Assembly: GCA_963707955.1 (NCBI GenBank)
Contig: OY970176.1
Coordinates: 1,216,001 to 1,280,000, forward strand
Source of the DNA: Candidatus Bathyarchaeota archaeon
GTDB taxonomy: Archaea; Thermoproteota; Bathyarchaeia; Bathyarchaeales; Bathycorpusculaceae
Direction: 5' to 3'
DNA length: 64,000 nt
Part shown: one piece after another, positions 42,855-52,346 of the stretch
How the letters are laid out: the number at the start of each line of letters is the position of its first letter
Position numbering within the stretch: the stretch's first letter is position 1
The notes under the pieces: model-generated
Seen by the model: only the letters and a program-made list of their open reading frames with translations
Databases searched by the model: none
What the model was told of the DNA's origin: nothing
Program-made: the position numbers and the translations under genes

Positions 42855-43469
42855 ATGAGCTTTTTCAAATGGTTGTCCAACAAACTCAATCCTCCTAAAG
42901 CAAGAATTATGCTTGAAACTCAGAAAGGTGAGTACGCACTTGGGGAAGAACTGAGGGGCGACATTCAAATCATGTCAGAAGAAGAGTTCGAGGTGGAGCG
43001 AATAGCGGTAAATTTGTCATGTTGGGAGAATCTCAGGAAAACGCGTACGGTTTCCACTCAGGTCGGTGACACTCAGAGGCACAGACAAGAGCAATATTGG
43101 GATCAGGCGAAACTGTATTCGGATCAATTCGTTGTCTGCAACGCTGCAAGAATACCTCAAGGTTTCAATAGTAAGTATCCGTTCACTCTGAGAATACCAA
43201 CGGTTGCGAGGGAAACATACTACAGTGTTGATAACAACGTGAAATGGTGGATGCAGGCAACCGTGAGAGTTAGAGGACACCCAAGCATGGAAACAGAAAA
43301 TCGCGAAATCTTGGTCGCAAAACAACAGACTCCTCCTCCGCCTCCGCCGATAGTTTCAAAAGAAACCATTCGGGAAGTGGTTCTGATACCTTGCCAGTAC
43401 TGCGGCGGACTCATGCCACAAACTTCAATCTTCTGTCCAAACTGCGGAGCAAGAAGAAAAGCTTCATGA
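42855..43469 (+). CDS. SpoOM/arrestin-fold protein with poly-Pro linker and C-terminal zinc ribbon
   Basis: YxxGExLxG...YPFTLRIP...VKWWxxAxV arrestin-N-like pattern; CQYCG...CPNCG. Confidence 0.6.
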   Translation: MSFFKWLSNKLNPPKARIMLETQKGEYALGEELRGDIQIMSEEEFEVERIAVNLSCWENLRKTRTVSTQVGDTQRHRQEQYWDQAKLYSDQFVVCNAARIPQGFNSKYPFTLRIPTVARETYYSVDNNVKWWMQATVRVRGHPSMETENREILVAKQQTPPPPPPIVSKETIREVVLIPCQYCGGLMPQTSIFCPNCGARRKAS

Positions 43470-43755
43470 AAATCAGAATCTAAGACTTCGAATGTTCGGA
43501 CACAGCTGATCATCGCTTGAGCAAGTCTTTTTAGAATCTGCCCGAAGTCATTTGAAGATCTTGAACCCGTCTGTGTAGGCGTTCTCGTGTCCGCTGTCTG
43601 GCTGGAAGTGCCAGACGCGCTTTGAGCATGGCGATTTTCATGTTTACCCAGATGATTTGCAGGATCAGTATGATACCACTTGCCATGACAATTCCCAACC
43701 TTCAAAACCGCCGGCGATGGTTAAGCTTGACACACTTGTTATTGGGGATTACGCA

Positions 43756-43986
43756 TTATGCTTGTTTGAGTAACTTCAGGAATTCCTTTTTTGAGAAGCC
43801 CGTGTCCTCTATTATCTTCATAAGTAACCCTCTGCTGATTTCTTCTCCAGCATGAACAGGGATGACAGTGATTCTACCGTCAGAGTGTTTCATAACAACA
43901 TGACTGCCACGCTTTCGGACAACCACAAACCCTAGGGTAGAAAGAAGTTTTATGATTTTCTTGGCTGGTTGAGGTTTCAAGCTCAT
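43756..43986 (-). CDS. hicA: HicA family toxin
   Basis: GFVVVRKRGSHVVMKH...VIPVH...GLLxxI. Confidence 0.93.
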   Translation of the reverse strand: MSLKPQPAKKIIKLLSTLGFVVVRKRGSHVVMKHSDGRITVIPVHAGEEISRGLLMKIIEDTGFSKKEFLKLLKQA

Positions 43987-44201
43987 TGAGCCGGAACCTC
44001 TACGAACTGAAATCCTACCAGTTCGATACGTTCTTTTCGTCTTGCTCCTTCAGCCTCTAAGTACGCTTGAATGGCTTCTCTGATTCTCTTGGTCAACTCA
44101 TCCAGAGTCTTGGCCTGAGTGTGGCATCCAGGTAGCTCTGGAACTGAAGCAATGTAGTACCCCTCTTCATCTTTTTCGACGACAACGCCGAACTTCACCA
44201 A
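43983..44201 (-). CDS. hicB: HicB family antitoxin (short form)
   Basis: EEGYYIASVPELPGCHTQAKTLDE...EAI; 4-bp overlap with hicA. Confidence 0.93.
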   Translation of the reverse strand: MVKFGVVVEKDEEGYYIASVPELPGCHTQAKTLDELTKRIREAIQAYLEAEGARRKERIELVGFQFVEVPAQ

Positions 44202-44264
44202 ATCACCGAGAAATATTGACTGCGAACTATTACTAAAGCCTTCTTTCTTCGAGGCGTGCTCGCG

Positions 44265-47200
44265 TTATGGGTAGTGTTGTCCGAAGTTGGCGCAGGCGAT
44301 GATTATGTCGCTCATGTCGATTTTGCCGTTGCCGTTTATGTCGCAGTTTGGATTATAATTCGGCTGTCCGACTGTTGAACCAAACGCCAAGCAGAGGCTG
44401 ATTATGTCGCCCACGTCAACTCTGCCGTTTCCGTCAACGTCGCCTGGAATCGTTAAGATCACATTGCCGCCTGTGTAGTTGTTGTTTGAAATGTTCGTTT
44501 CGCCCGGAACAGGCCAGGCGTAGGCGCTTATGGTGTAGTTGCCGTAGGGATAGCCTGCAGTGTTCAAAACGAAGGTAATGTTTAACGAGTTTCCGCTTGA
44601 CAAGGTGACGTTCTGTGAGGAAGCAAAAGCCATGGTGACGTTTTCTGAAGCGATAAAGAGGCTGGCATAGACTGTTACGTTGAACGTTTCTGGGAGATCG
44701 CCCAAGTCTGCTGCTGTAACGGTTACGTTCAGGCCGTCGCCTTGGCCGACCACGCACTTCGATGAATTAACATTGGTGACGGCTACGTCATGGATATGCA
44801 CGGTGACAGACGCGTTGTCAGACGTTGCCTGCACTCCGACGCTGTCGGTGACATTCACATAGACTGTGTGGAAACCTACAGATGTAGGAGTGAAAACCCA
44901 TGTTGCGTTTGTGGCGCCAGAAACGGGGACGCCGTCTAGGTACCACTGATAAGAGTAGGGAGACGTACCGCCCGTGATGCTCGACGTGAAGAGTTGAGAC
45001 TGACCAACAACCACACCGATTAAAGTGGGCGAAACACTGACCAAGGGCGAAGGGTTAACGATGACGGTAGTGACGTTGGATTCTGCCATAGACCCAACAC
45101 CGTCCGTTACGTTAACGTAGACGTTGTAGAAGCCAATAGAGATTGGCGTAAAGGTCCACGTGAAACCCGTGGCACCCTGCACTTCTGAGCCGTTCAAGTA
45201 CCATTGGTATGTGAACGACGAAGTGCCGCCAGAGACTATGGAAGTGAATAAGTGCGATTGGCCCGTGTCTACAGCAACAGAGGTGGGCGTTATGCTGATT
45301 GAAAGTGGCTCGTTCACTGTCACTGGAACACTATTGGACATTGCAACGGCGCTCACTGAGTCTGTGACGTTTAAGTAGACCGTGTAAGAGCCTGCGGATG
45401 CTGGCGTAAACGTCCACGTAATACTCGTGGCACCTGAGACGGGAGAACCATTCAAATACCATTGATACGAGTAGGCAGACGTGCCACCTGAGACAGTTGA
45501 GGTGAAGAGTTGAGACTGACCGAAATCCATCGTGACTGAAGGCGGCGAGACAATGACCGAAAGCTGCCTATTCACAGTAATTAGAACAGTATTGGAAGTT
45601 GCCGCCTGGCCCGATGCGTCAGTGACATTCAAGTAAACCGTGAAAGAACCTGAAGAAGAAGGCATAAACGTCCATGCACTGCCAGTAGCACCTGAGACTT
45701 GGGTGCCGTTCAGGTACCACTGATAAGAGTAAGGCGACGTGCCACCTGACACGCCACAGGTGAACAGTTGAGACTGACCAAGATCCATCGTGATGGAAGG
45801 GGGCGAGATAACGACCGAAGGCTGCTTATTCACAGTGACACTCGCAAAAGTAAGGTCACTGAATCCGACGCTGTCAGTGACCTCGACGTAAACAGCATAG
45901 TAACCTGAGAGTGTAGGCGTGAACGTCCAAGTTGCGTTGGTGGCTCCAGGAACGACAGCACTGTTAAGAAGCCATTGGTACGTGTACGGTGAGATGCCTC
46001 CAGAAACTGTGGATACGAAGAGTTGAGACCCGCCGACATCCATAGTGATTGAAGCTGGCGAAACATTAACTGAGGGCCACGGATAAACATTGACGGAAGC
46101 GGTGCTAGATTCTGCTGTAAACCCAGCATTGTCGGTTACGTTAACGTAGATGCTGTAAAAGCCAGATGAACTCGGCGTAAAGGTCCAGCCGCTAAAAACG
46201 GCTCTTGAAACCGGTGTGCCATTCAAACACCATTGATAAGAGTATGCTAACGCACCTCCTGAAGCGACCGAATTGAATAACTGTGACTGGTCGACCTCCA
46301 AGGTTGCGGAGCTAGACGAAATGTTAACAGAAAGCGAATTAGCGCAGTAAGGATTCATCAAAGGATAATTGTCCACGTCGGCAGAACCAATCGTGTACGG
46401 CGTGTCCCCTATCCCGTCGCTTCCAATCAAGTTCTGGCTTGGGCCACACATTATGTCTTGACCGTTGTAGTCGCTCCAAAAGTTTCCGCCTGAAGGATAA
46501 CCGTTATCCCAGTAGTTTGCTGGCGAAGGATGCGGTTCATCCCACGCCACGTACGCGTTGAGCACGTTGCTCAAGAGGTTGTTGTGGAAAATGTAGTTTG
46601 ACCAACAATCATAAACGTAGACGCCGTACTCGTTTGAAGTCAAATTGTTGCCAACTACGTAATTGTAGTAGGAACAGTAGAGTACTACGCCGCCGAAGTT
46701 GGACGATACGGAGTTTGCCAAGCTGTTCGCGCTCACGTTGTTGTAGCATGAGTAGTAAAGCCAAACTCCCGCCCAAGTGTTCGCAGATACGTTGTTTCCA
46801 CTCAAGACGTTGTACTGCGAGCCCACTATGTAGACCCCGTAACTGTTGCCAGACAGGTTGGCTTCAAACACGCAGCAGCTCGAGCACCCTGACTCATAAA
46901 TCCCGAAAAAAAACGACCTTACCGACACGTTCCTAATCGTCACGTCGCTCAAGCCACTGAGGTAGATCCCGTTCGAGCCCGTGACCATTCCTCCCTGAAC
47001 CGTGTGTCCTCCTCCGTCCAAGACCGTGTTGTTTCTTTCGACCACGATTCCGTTGTAAGCTGGGTAGCTCACGTTGCCGGTGATTGTGTAAGTTTTACTA
47101 TCAGAAGTTACGATGGGAGCTCCAGACGGGGTGATAGAACCATCAGCGTTAATGTAAACCGTCGCAGCCTGTGCGCGCACCAGCCCAACGTTAAACGCCA

Positions 47201-47279
47201 ATGCCAACATGCTTGTTACGAGCAAAACCAGCATTACCCCGGAAACAGGCTTCCGCAAGAACCCGAACCCCCCCTCCAA
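44265..47279 (-). CDS. large secreted protein: NosD/beta-helix, six Ig/PKD-like repeats, CARDB-like domain and C-terminal dockerin-type EF-hand pair
   Basis: Signal peptide; GIxL/N-rich beta-helix, WDNGYPSGGNFWSDY, six YxYQWxLN/DG repeats, GDVDGNGRVD/CDINGNGKID. Confidence 0.85.
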   Translation of the reverse strand: MEGGFGFLRKPVSGVMLVLLVTSMLALAFNVGLVRAQAATVYINADGSITPSGAPIVTSDSKTYTITGNVSYPAYNGIVVERNNTVLDGGGHTVQGGMVTGSNGIYLSGLSDVTIRNVSVRSFFFGIYESGCSSCCVFEANLSGNSYGVYIVGSQYNVLSGNNVSANTWAGVWLYYSCYNNVSANSLANSVSSNFGGVVLYCSYYNYVVGNNLTSNEYGVYVYDCWSNYIFHNNLLSNVLNAYVAWDEPHPSPANYWDNGYPSGGNFWSDYNGQDIMCGPSQNLIGSDGIGDTPYTIGSADVDNYPLMNPYCANSLSVNISSSSATLEVDQSQLFNSVASGGALAYSYQWCLNGTPVSRAVFSGWTFTPSSSGFYSIYVNVTDNAGFTAESSTASVNVYPWPSVNVSPASITMDVGGSQLFVSTVSGGISPYTYQWLLNSAVVPGATNATWTFTPTLSGYYAVYVEVTDSVGFSDLTFASVTVNKQPSVVISPPSITMDLGQSQLFTCGVSGGTSPYSYQWYLNGTQVSGATGSAWTFMPSSSGSFTVYLNVTDASGQAATSNTVLITVNRQLSVIVSPPSVTMDFGQSQLFTSTVSGGTSAYSYQWYLNGSPVSGATSITWTFTPASAGSYTVYLNVTDSVSAVAMSNSVPVTVNEPLSISITPTSVAVDTGQSHLFTSIVSGGTSSFTYQWYLNGSEVQGATGFTWTFTPISIGFYNVYVNVTDGVGSMAESNVTTVIVNPSPLVSVSPTLIGVVVGQSQLFTSSITGGTSPYSYQWYLDGVPVSGATNATWVFTPTSVGFHTVYVNVTDSVGVQATSDNASVTVHIHDVAVTNVNSSKCVVGQGDGLNVTVTAADLGDLPETFNVTVYASLFIASENVTMAFASSQNVTLSSGNSLNITFVLNTAGYPYGNYTISAYAWPVPGETNISNNNYTGGNVILTIPGDVDGNGRVDVGDIISLCLAFGSTVGQPNYNPNCDINGNGKIDMSDIIIACANFGQHYP
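44800..46340 (-). repeat. six tandem ~258-bp (86-aa) Ig-like repeats
   Basis: Recurring SQLF...SGG..YSYQWYLNG...WTFTP...YVNVTD; boundaries approximate. Confidence 0.85.
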
Positions 47280-47433
47280 ACTCTAAATCAACTTGACGTG
47301 ATAAAAGGTTTATGAAAGAAACTTCCACCATCATCCTCTACAGTTTCTATTCACACTATCCATGATGCCGAACTAGGTGCGGCACTATTTTATATAGTCT
47401 AGTTTTGGTTCAAATTTAGGAGTAAACTTAGCT

Positions 47434-47724
47434 GTGTCAACAATGAAATTTTTGAAAACGGACCGAGGAGTAGTCCTGAATGTCTACGTTAAGCCAGACT
47501 CGAGAGAATTCAAAATTGAGGTAGAAGATGATGAACTTGTGGCGCATTGTAAAGAGTCTCCAGTAAAAGGCAAGGTTGATAAAGAGTTGATAAAGGAACT
47601 TTCAAAGATTTTCAAGAGGAAAGTTGAAATTATTTCTGGTTTTACTTCAAGGCAGAAGAAGATTCTGATTAGAGATGTCAGCTCAGAGGAAGTCAACCGT
47701 ATTCTTTCTAAATGTAAACACTAG
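47434..47724 (+). CDS. DUF167 (UPF0235/YggU) family protein
   Basis: VKP...P.KGK...EL...L...IISGFTSRQK. Confidence 0.85.
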   Translation: MSTMKFLKTDRGVVLNVYVKPDSREFKIEVEDDELVAHCKESPVKGKVDKELIKELSKIFKRKVEIISGFTSRQKKILIRDVSSEEVNRILSKCKH

Positions 47725-47867
47725 CGCGCTTATTCTCACTCACACTCCCTGTGCGTGTGCGCGTGTGTGCGTGCTGTAGGATAAAGCTTTACCCTTTTTT
47801 CTTTTCGCACCTAGCGCGCGCTTGAGTCGAAGCAAAACAGAAATCTATTGGCAGCGTAAGAATTGTC

Positions 47868-48245
47868 ATGGGGAGTTTTGAAATGAACAGACCAAGCAGA
47901 CTGTCTGACCAAACGGTCACGTTTGTCACGGACGGCAACTTTGCTATACATGTGACGGACTTGGGGAAAGCGGAGGATTTCTACGGCAATGTTTTGGGGT
48001 TTAAACTCTCGAAAAGAACGGATGAGCGGTTTGTCTATGATACGGGCAAAATCACCCTCTACGTAGTGAAGGACTAGAAGGTTATTCCGTTCATTCCAGC
48101 GCTCGAGGTCAGCAACTACGAGAAGGCAAAGCAGTATCTCATGAAAAATGGTTGTAGAATAATCAAAGAGTGGTCTGAAGATAGAGCACTTTACTTCGAA
48201 GACCTATTTGGCATCGTGATCGACATCGTTGAAAAATCGTCATAG
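47868..48245 (+). pseudogene. VOC/glyoxalase family protein interrupted by an in-frame TAG (48075-48077)
   Basis: AIHVTDLGKAEDFYGNVLGF; the same frame continues past TAG as KVIPFIPALEV...LYFEDLFGIVIDIVEKSS*. Confidence 0.75.
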
Positions 48246-48267
48246 AGCGCGCGCGTACACATAATGG

Positions 48268-48998
48268 TCATTGATTCAAGCCAAGCATGTCCAGTAGGTT
48301 TTTGATGTCAACTGCAATGTATGGCGAATAGCAACCTGCGTCTTGTCTCGGGGTCGGGTTGGTTATCAGTCCTTCTTTCATCATGAGACCGAGTGCTCCT
48401 TCAAAAATGAGGTGATATAGGGGGTTGAAGGCTTCTTCAAATGCAATCCCGTTCTTTGCGGGTGAAGTCTTGGCATAGACCTCCAACATCTCAGACTTTT
48501 CGGCCTCTAGAGACTCTGCAAACTGTCTCAGAATTAGCTCTGCGACTAGCTTCATTTTGGCCAGGTCGTCAGGGAAAAAGAAAGGTCTGTTGATTCTCCA
48601 CCTGTTGCATTTGAGGGCAACATACCCAAGCGTCAGCAACAAGGTCACCTCTGCCAGCAACCGAGCGTTGTCGCCGCCTGCTTTTGTCTTCAGTTCGCTT
48701 GTCGACAAATCCTCCTTTGAGAGAGCCTCCAAGATTCGGCCGATCTTCTCCATCTCTGCCTCTACGTCAGCTTGCTCAACCTGTTCTGCCCAGTGCGATG
48801 CTATGTCCGGAAAAGCCATCCTGAATCCTGCGGGAGGAAGCCTTCCATGAGTGCCAAACCAGTACTTGCCGAAACCCGAGTTATTTCCCCACATCCAACC
48901 CTCTTTAAGATTGAAGGAACCCGACTTAAGACCTGAAAACACGTACTTGCCTCCGCCGGGCATGTTTCTTCCGGCAGAAAGCAACTTCTTGGACTTCA
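48268..48998 (-). pseudogene. hypothetical protein, probably 5'-truncated by the adjacent transposon
   Basis: Reading frame is open up to the left terminal inverted repeat; no matching 5' part seen beyond the right repeat. Confidence 0.55.
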
Positions 48999-49021
48999 GA
49001 TACTGTCCACTTAATCGGGAT
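48999..49021 (+). repeat. left terminal inverted repeat GATACTGTCCACTTAATCGGGAT
   Basis: Exact reverse complement of 55569-55591; starts like IS6-family ends (IS26 GGCACTGT). Confidence 0.92.
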
Positions 49022-49079
49022 AGGGTTCTGTCAAGTCTTCGGTTGATACGAGCCCTTGTAAAAAATCGGTTGACGAAGA

Positions 49080-49598
49080 TTAGCCTTCCGAGATATGTTT
49101 CTTTATTTTGTCCCTCATTACCCCTTTTAGCTTACTCAAACGGTCCGTAATTTCAATATTTGCTTGGTCTTCTGGAGGAAGGTCCGCGAACCACTCTTCA
49201 TACTCGTCTTCCTCACCTAGGTCGGGGGGTTCTCCATATATCTCAATTTGTTTCTCCGTAAGGAAGGTGTCAATGTCGTCTATTTCCTTTTTCAATTCCT
49301 CTCTCAGTTTTTCAGGGAGGAAGAGTCCAGTACTGCCATCCAGAAAAACAGTAACGGCATTTCGAAAATCGGGAAAACTCTTGTAACCCTGTTTTAATAA
49401 TTCATCGAGCTTTACTAGGGCATCTTTTCTGTCCTCATGATACAGTTGCATTCTTGTAATTGTCAGACTTAGTTCTCGTTGAGTTTTAAGGCTCTTTTCA
49501 GAAAAGTAATGCGCTATGATTTGTGTAACGATTGCTATTACAACTCCAGAAATCAGCGGGAAAATATACAGGCTGTAATCGGACAAAAGCATTCCCAA
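49080..49598 (-). CDS. hypothetical cargo protein with N-terminal TM helix
   Basis: 172 aa; hydrophobic N-terminus followed by a helical, acidic region. Confidence 0.65.
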   Translation of the reverse strand: MGMLLSDYSLYIFPLISGVVIAIVTQIIAHYFSEKSLKTQRELSLTITRMQLYHEDRKDALVKLDELLKQGYKSFPDFRNAVTVFLDGSTGLFLPEKLREELKKEIDDIDTFLTEKQIEIYGEPPDLGEEDEYEEWFADLPPEDQANIEITDRLSKLKGVMRDKIKKHISEG

Positions 49599-49659
49599 AA
49601 AAGTATGACTATCGTTTGGATATAACCGTATTGTTGCCTCGATATTGTAAACTTGTTTC

Positions 49660-51033
49660 TCATGGTTGGTTTTGATTTTGGTTTCGCAGTAGTTCCTTCA
49701 CTGTGATTGTTTTGATCTCAATGTTATCGTGTAGTCCCGCTCTCGCGACTTCGCCAAAAGCACCCTTGCCGAAACTGAAGGCCACGATTGTTCCCTTCTT
49801 CGCATTTCTTCTCCTGATTGCAGTCTCAAAATTGTCAACCACGTTTCTACCAATATCATCCGACTGCTTAACCTGAATGGGATCGCCTTCAAAGGTAAAA
49901 CCATCAATGCCCATGTCTGAACTTTTCCTTTGTGACACTCTACCGAAAAGCCTCTGAACAACCCAATTCTGAAACTCGAACGCTGGCAGTTTTCTCAGAT
50001 CCTCTTCAGTCATAGGCATGCCCATGACACTGGGCGACACATGCAATTTCCTAAATCTCTTCTCCATAAGTTTGCATGCTGTTGGAGAAACGTCTATTCC
50101 TGCCCATTGCCTTCCAAACTTATGAGCTACTACGATAGCTGTGCCACATCCACAAAAAGGGTCGAGAACAATATCCATCGCATTAGAAGAAGTTTTGATG
50201 ATTCGTTCTAAGAGAAGTTCAGGCTTTTGTGTGGGGAAACCGAAACTCTCTCTAGAAGTTGAAACAGGGTTCACGTCATCCCATAAGTCTTGAAATGGAA
50301 CGCCTTTCATTTCGTCCAGATACCTCTTGTATCTGGGGACGTTGCCTTTCTTTGTCTGGACGATTCGACCTTCTTTGTACAGCTTCTCCATCGTCTCTTT
50401 GCTATATCGCCAGTATCTTGTTACGCCTAAGAACTCATATCTTGGGTTTCCTTTCGCTGCTCCACCAGGCCCATCTATTGCGGTGAGCTGGTATCTTCTC
50501 CCTGTTTCATGTTCTACGTGTCCGTAGAACTTATCTTTTGATTCCTCAGTGAAAGGCAAGTATTGCTGATTCCAAGTGTAGTCTTTAGATTTGGCATAGA
50601 ACAGTATAACATCATGTATTCTACCATAGTGTTTCGCTCCCTGTTTCGCGTCACTGTGCTTTGCAACCTGTCTTTTCCACACAATCTCGTTTACGAAGTT
50701 AGTCTCTCCGAATAGCCTGTCCATTTCATACTTCAAATAATGCGAAGCGTGCCAATCGCAATGAAGATACATCGAGCCAGTCTTTTTGAGAACTCGATAA
50801 CATTGAGTAAGCCTTTCAACCATCCAAGCAACATAATAGTCTAAACCGCCTTTCCATCTGTCCTCGAAAGCTCTAAGCTCATATCCGTCTCCCCAGATGA
50901 TTTCGTAACGTCTGTTGGAAAAGAAAGGCGGATCAGCATAAATCAAATCGACAGATTCGTTCGGAAACTTGCTCAAAACATCCTTGCAATCGCCACAATA
51001 GATTGTGTTAGGTCTGAAATATGGAATAGTCAT
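49660..51033 (-). CDS. N6A/N4C DNA methyltransferase (beta class) fused to a C-terminal Mrr-like endonuclease domain
   Basis: DPPF (motif IV) precedes DPFCGCGT (motif I); FPTQKP; C-terminal FEF..DMGIDG..IQVKQ. Confidence 0.9.
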   Translation of the reverse strand: MTIPYFRPNTIYCGDCKDVLSKFPNESVDLIYADPPFFSNRRYEIIWGDGYELRAFEDRWKGGLDYYVAWMVERLTQCYRVLKKTGSMYLHCDWHASHYLKYEMDRLFGETNFVNEIVWKRQVAKHSDAKQGAKHYGRIHDVILFYAKSKDYTWNQQYLPFTEESKDKFYGHVEHETGRRYQLTAIDGPGGAAKGNPRYEFLGVTRYWRYSKETMEKLYKEGRIVQTKKGNVPRYKRYLDEMKGVPFQDLWDDVNPVSTSRESFGFPTQKPELLLERIIKTSSNAMDIVLDPFCGCGTAIVVAHKFGRQWAGIDVSPTACKLMEKRFRKLHVSPSVMGMPMTEEDLRKLPAFEFQNWVVQRLFGRVSQRKSSDMGIDGFTFEGDPIQVKQSDDIGRNVVDNFETAIRRRNAKKGTIVAFSFGKGAFGEVARAGLHDNIEIKTITVKELLRNQNQNQP

Positions 51034-51095
51034 CTAGTTACCTTGAACTAGAATTAGTGCAACATCCTATTAACTCGTTTGCTGTTGTTTAATGG

Positions 51096-51290
51096 TTATT
51101 TTGCGAACTGTATGTCTCGATACTTGGTTTTTCCCACGTTTTTTTCGAGGTTTGCTTTAATCTGTTTTTCCCATTCGTCCTCTGTCAAGATTCCCTTTCG
51201 TTCAAGAACTTCAACGAGACTGGAAAGCATCATATCGAGACTATCAAGTTCCTCAGCAAGTTCTCTTGTTAGATTCTTTTTCTTGCTCAT
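51096..51290 (-). CDS. small helical hypothetical protein
   Basis: 64 aa, LVEVLERKGILTEDEW; ATGA overlap with the RHH gene. Confidence 0.7.
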   Translation of the reverse strand: MSKKKNLTRELAEELDSLDMMLSSLVEVLERKGILTEDEWEKQIKANLEKNVGKTKYRDIQFAK

Positions 51291-51442
51291 TGCTTTCCCT
51301 TCGTAGGTAAATATCCTTTCTCAGATAGAAAAGCTATGACTATAGTTCTTACTATCTCTGAATCACTTTCGCCGAAAGTGCCTTTCAGATTGTCCACGAT
51401 TTTCTTTATCTCATCTGGAAGACTTAACAAGATTCTTTTCAT
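51287..51442 (-). CDS. ribbon-helix-helix (CopG-like) regulator, not in the supplied ORF track
   Basis: MKRILLSLPDEIKKIVDNLKGTFGESDSEIVRTIVIAFLSEKGYLPTKGKQ (51 aa); ATGA overlaps on both sides. Confidence 0.8.
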   Translation of the reverse strand: MKRILLSLPDEIKKIVDNLKGTFGESDSEIVRTIVIAFLSEKGYLPTKGKQ

Positions 51443-52332
51443 TTAGCTACCACCTCTATCGGTTTTTCGTTCACTGTTCTATTCTCTCCACTCGTTGCCT
51501 TGAATTTGGTTGCTTCTTTTACTATTGTGTGCCAATCGTTCTTCATAGTTAATCCAGAGGCCTGAGCAGGAGTCATTCCAAGAGTCTGATGCTTTCGTAC
51601 ATAGTCATAGTGAACTGCCCAACCTTCTAGTAGTGTCCTTACTGTGTCTTCTCCTTTCAAACCTCGCGTTGGCCTCAAACGGTCTTTCAACGTGCCATGC
51701 AGTCTTTCAACAGCATTCTGATTATGAATCGCCCTTATTCCCACTCTTCTGATTAGCTCGGGTCTGCCTTCTTTCTTCATTGTATAGAAGACCTTGTTGA
51801 ATCCATCTATGTAAGCTGGCAAGCCATCACAGTAAATTGAAACTGGCTTTCTCTTAGCTACTCTGATGCTTTTCTCGAAAAGTGCTATCGCGTCTTCGGT
51901 TGTTCTTGAACCTGACAAGTGACCTGTAACCAGAAACTTTGTCTGATCATCGATGATTTCCCAGAACCACTTCTGAACACCCTTACACTTGATCGCGGTT
52001 TCATCAACGTGATAAATGCCTAGAAGATGTGGTGTTAAGGTTTCTACATACTCAGCGCACAGTTTTGAATATTTCATGATCCATTTCCAGATTGCAGACT
52101 TGCCTATCTGAATGCCAAAAATCTTTTGAAGCTGATTCTGAACCTTTCTGATGCTAAGTCCTTCGTAATACATGTCAATTGCCGTGGAAATGATTCGGGA
52201 CTCCACACGCATTTTTGGAAAGTCCGAACCTTCAACAAACTTGTGTCCACAAGAGCGACAAACGAACTGTTGCTTGCCCTTCACTTTGCCATCCTTAACG
52301 ACTTTCTCTGAGCCACAATACTTGCATGGCAT
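51439..52332 (-). CDS. IS6-family DDE transposase with N-terminal zinc ribbon and HTH
   Basis: CKYC..CRSC, GLSIRKV HTH, and catalytic triad HVDET / CDGLPAY / NAVERLH; ORF open from 52428. Confidence 0.92.
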   Translation of the reverse strand: MPCKYCGSEKVVKDGKVKGKQQFVCRSCGHKFVEGSDFPKMRVESRIISTAIDMYYEGLSIRKVQNQLQKIFGIQIGKSAIWKWIMKYSKLCAEYVETLTPHLLGIYHVDETAIKCKGVQKWFWEIIDDQTKFLVTGHLSGSRTTEDAIALFEKSIRVAKRKPVSIYCDGLPAYIDGFNKVFYTMKKEGRPELIRRVGIRAIHNQNAVERLHGTLKDRLRPTRGLKGEDTVRTLLEGWAVHYDYVRKHQTLGMTPAQASGLTMKNDWHTIVKEATKFKATSGENRTVNEKPIEVVAK

Positions 52333-52346
52333 CGTTATATCACCAG

